The notes under the pieces are model-generated. The model was given only the letters and a program-made list of their open reading frames with translations, made no database searches and was not told the origin of the DNA. A stretch of 64,000 bases of DNA from Micavibrio sp. (lineage in GTDB: Bacteria; Pseudomonadota; Alphaproteobacteria; UBA2400): positions 58,193 to 122,192 of the forward strand of contig JBEIQE010000001.1 in assembly GCA_040376705.1 (NCBI GenBank), written 5' to 3'. A program made the position numbers and the translations under genes. Within the stretch, counting starts at the first letter, position 1, and every line of letters starts with the position of its first letter. Of this stretch, positions 54,298-61,818 are shown in pieces.

Positions 54298-55296
54298 ATG
54301 AAAACGCTTCAATTATTATTGCCCATTTTCCTGCTTTCTGGCACTGCCATGGCAGCAGATGATATGACCCGCCACGAGCCGGATACAAACAGCGGTATTA
54401 CTTTTGCGCTGGAAAACGATCTGTTTAACGGGCGTGACGATGGCTATACCAATGGCGTTCGCGCGGCCTACATGTCGCCCGAAGATGAAATGCCGTACTG
54501 GCTTTCGAGCACGGTTAACAACATTCCCTTCTTTGCGCGCGATGGCCACAAGCGCTGGCACCTTGAGGTCGGACAAAGTATGTTCGCACCCGAGGACCTC
54601 ACCATCAGCACGCTTCAGGCCAACGACCGGCCCTATGCCGGCTGGCTTTATGGCAGCGTGGGTGTGATCTCGGATACAGGCTCGCGCCTCGATAACCTGC
54701 AGCTTACCCTTGGTATGGTTGGCCCTGCCTCTGGCGCGGCTGAAGCTCAGCGCGTTGTGCACAAGATTGTCGGTGCGCCCATTCCGCAAGGCTGGGGTCA
54801 TCAGCTGAATAACGAGCCCGGCGTTATGCTTACCTATGAGCGCAAATGGCGTAATATGTATGAGCTTACACCGTTCGGTATGGGTGTTGATATTACCCCC
54901 AGTATGGGCGGTAGTGTGGGTAATGTTTATACCCACGCCTCAGTAGGTGCGATTGCCCGTATTGGATATGATTTACCGTCCGACTACGGACCGCCGGTTA
55001 TCAGGCCCAATCTACCGGGCTCAGACTTCTTCAAGCCCAGTGGTAATGTTAGTTGGTATTTCTTTGCCGGTGTAGAGGGCAGAGCGGTTGGCCATAACAT
55101 CTTCCTTGATGGTAATTCATTTACCGAGAGCCATAGCGTCGATAAAAACCTGTTTGTCGGGGGCGCGCAGGCTGGCGTGGCCATAACCTATAAGAGTACG
55201 CGCCTTGCTTATACGCAGATCTTCCGTACCCGCGAGTTTGAGGGGCAGCCGCGTAACGACCAGTTCGGTGCGCTCACACTATCGGTGCGCTACTAA
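54298..55296 (+). CDS. Outer-membrane beta-barrel protein, LpxR (lipid A 3-O-deacylase, DUF2219)-like
   Basis: Signal peptide plus GITFALENDLFNGRDDGYTNGVRAAY (ENDxF...DRxYTxG-like start) and a C-terminal aromatic residue. Family assignment is tentative. Confidence 0.5.
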   Translation: MKTLQLLLPIFLLSGTAMAADDMTRHEPDTNSGITFALENDLFNGRDDGYTNGVRAAYMSPEDEMPYWLSSTVNNIPFFARDGHKRWHLEVGQSMFAPEDLTISTLQANDRPYAGWLYGSVGVISDTGSRLDNLQLTLGMVGPASGAAEAQRVVHKIVGAPIPQGWGHQLNNEPGVMLTYERKWRNMYELTPFGMGVDITPSMGGSVGNVYTHASVGAIARIGYDLPSDYGPPVIRPNLPGSDFFKPSGNVSWYFFAGVEGRAVGHNIFLDGNSFTESHSVDKNLFVGGAQAGVAITYKSTRLAYTQIFRTREFEGQPRNDQFGALTLSVRY

Positions 55297-55401
55297 CAGG
55301 TTTTATAAGGGTTTTATAAAGTTACGGTATCTCGCAGCTCGATAATTTATCGGATTGGTCAGATATTGTGTGGGCACATCACTCTGTTACAGGAGGCTAT
55401 T

Positions 55402-55662
55402 ATGCCCACACCACGTCCGGCTGCCGATCCCAAGCTTTCTTCAACTGGCGAAGATAAGGCCCGTAAGGCAACGCTTGACCCTGCTAAAGGTCATATCACG
55501 CAATCAGGTCATAGCCGCGATATGTATCAGCGTGATAGCGATGGCGAGTTCATGGGTAATACCGACCGTGGTTACGGTGGCGGCTCAAGAGTTGATAATG
55601 GCGAGGCCCAGGGCGGCATAGCCGACCCTGCGCCTAAACAGGTCAAGCTGTTCAGGCGCTAG
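55402..55662 (+). CDS. Hypothetical small Gly/Asp-rich protein
   Basis: Refined start MPTPRPAAD with an aggagg RBS. Low complexity. Confidence 0.4.
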   Translation: MPTPRPAADPKLSSTGEDKARKATLDPAKGHITQSGHSRDMYQRDSDGEFMGNTDRGYGGGSRVDNGEAQGGIADPAPKQVKLFRR

Positions 55663-55877
55663 TGCCGAATGATATATGCATGGCCGCATCTTCACCCCGT
55701 AAGCGCAATCGCCACAATAACGAGCTGATAGTTGCTCTGGCGGGTGTCATGCTGCCCACACTGTTTATCATCATTATTGGTTTGGGGTATGGCATGGTTT
55801 ATAAATCAGCCCCCAGTTTTGAGGTGCAAAAGGTTTATATTGCCAAGGATTGCGATACGCGCGTCATGCGCCCATAG
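55662..55877 (+). CDS. Hypothetical small membrane protein
   Basis: Single TM IVALAGVMLPTLFIIIIGLGYGMV. 71 aa. Confidence 0.35.
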   Translation: MPNDICMAASSPRKRNRHNNELIVALAGVMLPTLFIIIIGLGYGMVYKSAPSFEVQKVYIAKDCDTRVMRP

Positions 55878-55995
55878 GCGGAACTCTTTTTCTGCCTATG
55901 TGTTGATAACGCAGGACAGCCAAGAACGTATAGCTTTCCGGGATCCGTCAGGTAGATGATCTGGACTTGTTCAGAATGTCTGCTTGTCCCGGAAC

Positions 55996-56025
55996 GAGGC
56001 CACTTTTCGCAAGAGAAGTGGCCTC
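55996..56025. repeat. Conserved hairpin element copy 3 (GAGGCCACTT-TTCGCAAGAG-AAGTGGCCTC)
   Basis: A 10-bp stem with the same TTCGCAAGA loop core as copies 1 and 2. Confidence 0.6.
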
Positions 56026-56047
56026 ACTTCTTAGATGTCTGATATGG

Positions 56048-56072
56048 GGAACTCTCAGCGCCAAGCGGGGTT
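56048..56072 (+). promoter_or_regulatory. EcfG-type promoter-like motif GGAAC-N16-GGTT upstream of DUF883 gene
   Basis: GGAACtctcagcgccaagcggGGTT lies about 35 bp upstream of the ATG at 56108. Confidence 0.3.
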
Positions 56073-56107
56073 TAACCTCTGCACTTACCTTTACCAAGGA
56101 GATGATT

Positions 56108-56437
56108 ATGGATTCCAATACAAAGATTCAGGACTACGCCGCTGCCGCCAAGAAGGTGGGCTATCCTGAGGTTGAGAGCATTCGCGGTGATCTGCGTGCG
56201 CTCAAGACTGATACAGTTGACCTCGGTCGCCATGTTGTGGCCGATGGCCGCGAGAAGCTGACCGAGCTGGCTGCCAACGCCAAGGATATGGCCAAGGACG
56301 AGTATGCAGAGCTGAGCAATCTCACCAAGGAAAAGAGCCGTGTGCTTGCCTCCTTCATTAAAGACAAGCCGTTCCAGGGTGCAGCTGCTGCATTTCTTAC
56401 CGGTTTTGTTATCAGCATGATGATGCGGAAGCGCTAA
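56108..56437 (+). CDS. DUF883 (ElaB/YqjD/YgaM) family stress-induced membrane-anchored protein
   Basis: A helical N-terminus plus a C-terminal TM (AAAAFLTGFVISMMMRKR). Start chosen for aaggag spacing. Confidence 0.7.
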   Translation: MDSNTKIQDYAAAAKKVGYPEVESIRGDLRALKTDTVDLGRHVVADGREKLTELAANAKDMAKDEYAELSNLTKEKSRVLASFIKDKPFQGAAAAFLTGFVISMMMRKR

Positions 56438-56440
56438 ACC

Positions 56441-56869
56441 ATGCCCGGATTAGCAGAGTACGCCGCCCTCGTGCAACTTCTTAGCCCGGCTTTGCCGCAG
56501 CAGGGAAGGCGCATCATTGCCCTTAACGAGCTTTGGCTGGTGGCAACTTTGCTGTCCGTGGTTGGTTTTATCGCCATACTGGTGGGGCTGTTTCTTTGGT
56601 TGGATAATCATTATCCCCGCGAAATAGCCCTGCTGGTGATTGGCGGTATTATGGTGGCGGTGAGCCTTATGCTGGTTGGCATATCGCTGTTCATAACCCG
56701 CCGGGTGGAACGCCCGGTGCGTGATATGGCCGATAATCTGGCCCATAACAGCACCGATTTCATCAAGTCGCTGATCGATGAGCTTGATGATCCCATCCGG
56801 GAGAACCCGGCCATGGCCATGGGCGTGGCGGCACTCTCCGGTTTCATCGCTGCCGAAAAGATGATGTAG
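56441..56869 (+). CDS. YqjE-like (DUF1469) inner membrane protein
   Basis: Two TM helices. It is tightly coupled (4 bp) after the DUF883 gene, which mirrors the E. coli yqjD-yqjE arrangement. Confidence 0.55.
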   Translation: MPGLAEYAALVQLLSPALPQQGRRIIALNELWLVATLLSVVGFIAILVGLFLWLDNHYPREIALLVIGGIMVAVSLMLVGISLFITRRVERPVRDMADNLAHNSTDFIKSLIDELDDPIRENPAMAMGVAALSGFIAAEKMM

Positions 56870-56923
56870 CCCACAGGCGGCATCATTCGTTTGTCAGCTT
56901 TACCCCTTACAAGGAGCATAACC

Positions 56924-57232
56924 ATGACCGAAGTTAAACCCTTGCAGCCTGTAGCCGCTAACATGAGCCCAATTGCCAATCCATCCGGCGAAAAGACATT
57001 ACCTCTAGATGCCGAGCTGTATGCCGGCAACCACCAGGCCGAGCATCTGGTTGGCAAAATTAAGGCCAAATGGAACGAGCTGTCGGATGAGGATGTTACT
57101 GCCTATCACAGCCAGCCTGAGCACTTCTATACCCGCCTTAATGAGAAGTACGGAATTACCCGTGAGCAGGCCGAGCTGGATGTTGCAGCCATGATCCCGC
57201 CACCAGTGGTGCCGGTTGAAGAAGAGGTATAG
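56924..57232 (+). CDS. CsbD-like diverged paralog 1
   Basis: KAKWNELSDEDVTAYHSQPEHFYTRLNEKYGITREQAE parallels the CsbD W-G-K-L-T-D-D...G-K-I-Q-E-x-Y-G pattern. Start refined to MTEVKP with an aaggag RBS. Confidence 0.5.
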   Translation: MTEVKPLQPVAANMSPIANPSGEKTLPLDAELYAGNHQAEHLVGKIKAKWNELSDEDVTAYHSQPEHFYTRLNEKYGITREQAELDVAAMIPPPVVPVEEEV

Positions 57233-57298
57233 CCATCGCGCCATAGAAAAACCCCCGCTCTCCAGATCGGACAGCGGGGGTATTATTTTGCGCAGAAG

Positions 57299-57784
57299 TT
57301 ATGAAGCCTTTTTGATACCAGCCTCAGCATCCAGGGCAGGCTGCACAATCTGCTCAAGGTTAGGCAAGACTTCATCAATCTTGCGGGAGGCGCGCAACAA
57401 TTGCTCACTCAAGGCCGCTTGGTCCTTGGTCAGTGGCGTGCCGCCTTCATCTGCCTGACGGCCCATCTCATCGGCAGCCATTTTCAGGCGGCCGCGCAGG
57501 TCGGTCAACCAGGCAGGGCCCAGTTCCGAAATTTTGCCCGCTGCCTTAATGCCGCGACGGTAAGATTCGGCCCAGCGCTCAAGTGTTTCCACCTGTTCGC
57601 GAATGCCTTCGGCTTCCAGTGTGGCCTCACAGTTTACCAGCAGGCGTTTTAGCTCGTTGGTCAGCTCCTCTACCTGTGCCAGCTGGCTGCCAAAGGCGGC
57701 CTGCTTGTCACCGGTATCCGGCACTGCAGTGGTTTCGGCCTCTGGTGCTGCGCCAGCGGGTGGCTGAGAGTAGGTGCTATGCAT
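57299..57784 (-). CDS. Hypothetical helical protein (161 aa)
   Basis: An ORF with an acidic N-terminus, followed by a T-rich region. Confidence 0.45.
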   Translation of the reverse strand: MHSTYSQPPAGAAPEAETTAVPDTGDKQAAFGSQLAQVEELTNELKRLLVNCEATLEAEGIREQVETLERWAESYRRGIKAAGKISELGPAWLTDLRGRLKMAADEMGRQADEGGTPLTKDQAALSEQLLRASRKIDEVLPNLEQIVQPALDAEAGIKKAS

Positions 57785-57811
57785 GCGTATCTCCTTGTAA
57801 CAGTTTAAGTT

Positions 57812-58039
57812 TTAAGGCGTACCGTCGGTCGCATCCTTAACGGTATCGGTTACACGCTCGGCCGGTGTACGGTCCTCAAGTTCGCGCGCAGCATTATCGA
57901 TACCATTCGGCAGCTCGGAAATGGCATCGCCAAGACGTTCGGCGCCATTACGGTTGTCCCTCATGTTAAAGAAGGCATAGCCGCCAACGGCTACAAGCGC
58001 GATCACGAGAACCGTGATGATGGTGTTGGTATTCTGGGT
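57812..58039 (-). CDS. Small single-TM protein (start MATQNTNTI)
   Basis: TM ITVLVIALVAVGGYAFF. ORF track runs to 58189. Start approximate. Confidence 0.4.
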   Translation of the reverse strand, partial: TQNTNTIITVLVIALVAVGGYAFFNMRDNRNGAERLGDAISELPNGIDNAARELEDRTPAERVTDTVKDATDGTP

Positions 58040-58227
58040 TGCCATGTAGATATCCTTGAATTGTGGGTGAATATGAAACTTAACAGCCGGTGGCGTGTTC
58101 AGTTCCCTGAGTAGCGCTGTTTTTGACAAAATCTCATAAAAACCGGAACTAAAACGGTAAGTTTCCCGTTCATGTATCAGCGGGCACACAGGTGCCGGTA
58201 GCCAGATACATTTACATGAGGGACCTC

Positions 58228-58926
58228 ATGAACCAGCTTAGAAATACCGTTCTCGTGATTGAGGACGACCAGTCGATCCGCAAGCTTTATGGCCTTACAC
58301 TGGATTCCGATGAGTTCAGGGTAATTGACTGTGAGAATGGCCGCTCGGGCATCCGCAGCGTCGCTTCGGTCAAGCCCGACCTGGTGCTGCTCGACCTCGG
58401 CCTGCCGGATATGAATGGCAAGGATGTGTTGCGGGCGATCCGTGAGTGGTCGCAGGTGCCCATCATCGTCTGCTCGGCGCGGGATGAAGATAGTGAAATT
58501 CTCGAGGCGTTTGAGAGCGGGGCCGATGATTATGTGATCAAGCCCTTCAGCCCCGATATACTGGTGGCGCGCATCATGGCCAATTTGCGCAAGTCAGTTA
58601 CGGTTGAGGCCGGCGAGCCTGAATTGGTGAATGGTGCCCTGCGGATTGACCTTGTACGGCATGAGGTGTTTTTGGGCGATGACAAGATATCGCTCACGCC
58701 CAAGGAGTTTGCGCTACTGCGCTATCTGCTCATCAACCGCGGCAAGATGCTGACGCATCAGCAGATTCTGTCCGAAATCTGGGGGCCAGCCCATATCAAT
58801 AATAATCAGTACCTGCGTGTTTATGTCGGCCATCTGCGTGATAAGCTTTCGAGCGATATACCCGGCGCACCGCACATCATGACCGAAGTGGGTATCGGCT
58901 ACCGTATGGAAGTAGCAGCTGCTTAA
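58228..58926 (+). CDS. OmpR/KdpE-like two-component response regulator
   Basis: VLVIEDDQSIRK...LVLLDLGLPDMNG...VIKPF plus a winged-helix C-terminus. Start refined to MNQLRN with a gaggga RBS. Confidence 0.8.
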   Translation: MNQLRNTVLVIEDDQSIRKLYGLTLDSDEFRVIDCENGRSGIRSVASVKPDLVLLDLGLPDMNGKDVLRAIREWSQVPIIVCSARDEDSEILEAFESGADDYVIKPFSPDILVARIMANLRKSVTVEAGEPELVNGALRIDLVRHEVFLGDDKISLTPKEFALLRYLLINRGKMLTHQQILSEIWGPAHINNNQYLRVYVGHLRDKLSSDIPGAPHIMTEVGIGYRMEVAAA

Positions 58927-60134
58927 ACCGTCTCGCTACCTTGCCCCAGTTCGGTGGTCGGGAAGGTGAGGCGCCATGTAGTACCGTTATCGGATGTCAT
59001 CTCGGCAGTGCCTTTGGCCTGTTCCATCAGCCGTTTGATGAGGCCAATACCGTGCCGTTTGCTACCTTCTTTTAACACAAATCCTACACCATCATCTGTA
59101 ATGGTCAGGACATTCAGGCCAGCCTCCTGTACAAGTGAGATCTTGATTGTACCGGCCTTGCTTTTAAATGCATGCAGATAGGCATTTGAGGTAACCTCGG
59201 TTACCACAATCCCCAGTGCAGTTACCAAATCGAGCCCTAGAGCGATGGGGGTGGCCTCGCAAGTGAGAATAACAGGGAACTCGCCTTTTTCCTGGAAATT
59301 AGCCAGATTGGTGCAAAGCGACTGTAAATACGCCGCAAAGTCGATGGTGGGGGCAAGGCCGTGGCCGAGTAAATGGTCGTAGATAAGCGAGAGGCTCACC
59401 ACACGGCGTGCTATAGCGCGGATGCCTTCCTTGCCGCTATCATCCGCCAGTTCGATCTGCCGTAGCAGCATACCGTGCACCAGCTGCAGGTTGTTGCGCA
59501 CACGATGCTGCAGCTCTGCTGCCAGTATGTTCTTCTCTTCCAATAATGTAGCGCGCTCGGCTGCCAGTGCTTCCATTTGTGCCAGCATGGCCTGCAGCAT
59601 GGCGGTGCGCTCGGCAGTGCCAATTGCCTGAGCGACTACATTGGCAAAACCGGTAAGGAAGTCGATATCATGTGTATCGAACTTGTGCTGTACCGAGCAG
59701 TCGGCTTCAAGTACCCCCCATGAACCGCCGTCTCCTTTAATCAGTACATCAACTGTTGAGACAATACCGTGCTGAGCATAAAAATCCGGTAGGTCATAGC
59801 TATTGCTTTTTGTGATGTCCTCAAGAATAACCGGCTCGCCAGTTACAAAGGCACGGCCCTGGGTTGAACTTTGGTCGGCTTGCGAAATAACATGGCCAAC
59901 CACGCCAGCTTCCCAGCCATAACCGGCCACGACCAGCAGGTCGTGCTCATCAGCACGGTAGCGGCAGATTTTTGAAAAAGGTACGCCCAGACTTTCGGCA
60001 CAGATGCGTGCTGCTTCAGACAGGATTTTTTCAAGACTGTTCTCGCTAAACGCAAAGCTGCCAAAATTGGCAAGTGCAGCCTGTTGCCGTAACAGGCGTT
60101 CTACCGTATGCGGAAAAACTTCTGGCTCTGTCAT
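58923..60134 (-). CDS. GAF-domain sensor histidine kinase of the HWE/HisKA_2 type
   Basis: N-terminal GAF-like region. The H-box HRVRNNLQLV is a HisKA_2/HWE signature. The C-terminal ATPase has GIGL. No TM. Confidence 0.8.
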   Translation of the reverse strand: MTEPEVFPHTVERLLRQQAALANFGSFAFSENSLEKILSEAARICAESLGVPFSKICRYRADEHDLLVVAGYGWEAGVVGHVISQADQSSTQGRAFVTGEPVILEDITKSNSYDLPDFYAQHGIVSTVDVLIKGDGGSWGVLEADCSVQHKFDTHDIDFLTGFANVVAQAIGTAERTAMLQAMLAQMEALAAERATLLEEKNILAAELQHRVRNNLQLVHGMLLRQIELADDSGKEGIRAIARRVVSLSLIYDHLLGHGLAPTIDFAAYLQSLCTNLANFQEKGEFPVILTCEATPIALGLDLVTALGIVVTEVTSNAYLHAFKSKAGTIKISLVQEAGLNVLTITDDGVGFVLKEGSKRHGIGLIKRLMEQAKGTAEMTSDNGTTWRLTFPTTELGQGSETV

Positions 60135-60574
60135 ATCATCGGGCTCCTGTACTCGTTCACTACATTCTTGAGCAGATGGAAGTTATGCGGAAACAGCTCT
60201 GGCGCAGATGCATGATTGGTTTTAATTTCGCTGACTATACGCAGGGCTTTGAGCAGGTCGGCCATCATGTAAGGCTTCTGGATATAGCCCTCACCATCAG
60301 CTTGTATCAGGTCGTGGTTGAGGCTGTCGCCACTGGCATAAAGAATAGCCATGGTGCGTTTGTGGGCCAGAAGCGGGCTTATCTGTGAGCCAAATCCACC
60401 ATCGGCGAGGCGATAATCAATAATCGCTATATCAGGTTGATGCAGGTCAGCGAGTGTGACGGCTTCATCTACCGTGCGCGCGATACCACATACACTATGG
60501 CCGCCTATCACGACAAATTCCTCAAGGATATCGGCGATCATTACATTGTCTTCGGCGATAAGGACATTTGACAT
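60131..60574 (-). CDS. Single-domain response regulator (REC only)
   Basis: MSNVLIAEDNVMIADIL...DIAIIDYRLADGG...IQKPY. Its 4-bp overlap with the upstream HWE kinase suggests a cognate pair. Start approximate (ORF track 60646). Confidence 0.7.
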   Translation of the reverse strand: MSNVLIAEDNVMIADILEEFVVIGGHSVCGIARTVDEAVTLADLHQPDIAIIDYRLADGGFGSQISPLLAHKRTMAILYASGDSLNHDLIQADGEGYIQKPYMMADLLKALRIVSEIKTNHASAPELFPHNFHLLKNVVNEYRSPMI

Positions 60575-60827
60575 GATGGTCTCCGTGTAGTGCGAATTGA
60601 TCTGTTTAATTACGCAGGAGCACAATGCTGCCGGAGACATGGGCAATTGAGTTTTGCTGTGGGCTGACCTTAGTCGATTGCTGGCTTCATGTATTCAACT
60701 ATATAGAGAAATATTCGGTTTATGGCTTCTTTACGGTATGACGGGTCTAAGGCATCGCATCCTTATGCCTCAAGCCCCATATACACAGTGTGCCGCTTGA
60801 AGCGGCGAAAGTTCAAAGGAGAACATC

Positions 60828-61103
60828 ATGACTACTGAAAACAACAATCCGACTGCCAAGCCAGTTACCCCTATCGTGGCCGCACCTGTGCAGCCCAAAG
60901 ATGACAAGTCGGCTGCAGTAAGTGCCGAAATGCAGAAGAGCTGGGACAAGCTGTCGCCTGAAGATATGAAGCTGTATGAGACAAGCCCTGACAAGTTCTT
61001 CGGCGTACTGAAAGACAAGCAGGGTGTGACCCGCGAGAATGCTGAAAAGCGCCTCACCGAGATCAAGAACAGCTGCGGTTGTAGTACAGAAAAAGCTGCT
61101 TAA
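60828..61103 (+). CDS. CsbD-like diverged paralog 2 (C-terminal CGC motif)
   Basis: KSWDKLSPEDMKLYETSPDKFFGVLKDKQGVTRENAEKRLTEIKNSCGCS. Confidence 0.5.
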   Translation: MTTENNNPTAKPVTPIVAAPVQPKDDKSAAVSAEMQKSWDKLSPEDMKLYETSPDKFFGVLKDKQGVTRENAEKRLTEIKNSCGCSTEKAA

Positions 61104-61172
61104 TCAGCAGTCAGTTATTGAAGGGGCCGGGTTCGCCCGGCCTCTTTCTTGTTTTACGGAAAATGCACAGAC

Positions 61173-61352
61173 ATGTTGTTGAAATTTGCTCTTCTATTCT
61201 TTGTGGTGGCGAGTGTGGCGGCCATTCTTGCGCTTGGCGATGCTGCCGCAGCCTATGCGCCGCTGGCCAGAAAAATATTCATGATCTCAATGGGTTTGTT
61301 TATTGTTTCAACAATTGCACATGCTTTTCGCAAGCGTACGCCCAAGCTCTAA
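61173..61352 (+). CDS. DUF1328-like small membrane protein, second copy
   Basis: MLLKFALLFFVVASVAAILALGDAAAAYAPLARKIFMISMGLFIV parallels the 53641-53823 protein. ORF track start 61149. Confidence 0.45.
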   Translation: MLLKFALLFFVVASVAAILALGDAAAAYAPLARKIFMISMGLFIVSTIAHAFRKRTPKL

Positions 61353-61500
61353 TCCAATCTGTGATTGTATATAATACATATGTCGGCAATTTTATGGCGT
61401 TTTTGCAGTGGGGCATCTCTCCCGTCTGGAAAAGTGATGCGCATGCGCGCAAGATGATCATATCACTTGTTTGCACAGCAGCAGTTCTGAGGAGGGTGCT

Positions 61501-61749
61501 ATGGCAGCAGGAAATAATACTCTGGTCGCAAAAGCCACGAGCTGGCCCGACCGCTACGCCGACATATGCATAGAAATGAAAGAGCTGTGGGACAAACTCA
61601 GCAATGAGGATGTGCGCCTTTATCACATCGAGCCTGAGCAGTTTTTCATCCGCCTTAAAGAGAAGCAGGGTGTGAGCCGCGAAGTTGCCGAGCGCTGTAT
61701 GGCGCAGATCAAGGCCGAGTGTGGCTGCGATAATGGCCGGTTTGCCTGA
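61501..61749 (+). CDS. CsbD-like diverged paralog 3 (C-terminal CGC motif)
   Basis: KELWDKLSNEDVRLYHIEPEQFFIRLKEKQGVSREVAERCMAQIKAECGCD. Start refined to MAAGNN with a gaggagg RBS. Confidence 0.5.
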   Translation: MAAGNNTLVAKATSWPDRYADICIEMKELWDKLSNEDVRLYHIEPEQFFIRLKEKQGVSREVAERCMAQIKAECGCDNGRFA

Positions 61750-61761
61750 AGAGCGTGCTTA

Positions 61762-61800
61762 AGCAAAAAGCCTGCCCGCAGGAGCGGACAGGCTTTTTTG
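61762..61800. terminator. Bidirectional terminator between CsbD-like gene and AlaRS-like gene
   Basis: aaaaagcctgcccgcaggagcggacaggcttttttg. Confidence 0.65.
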
Positions 61801-61818
61801 TTGCTTATCTTCTGATGA

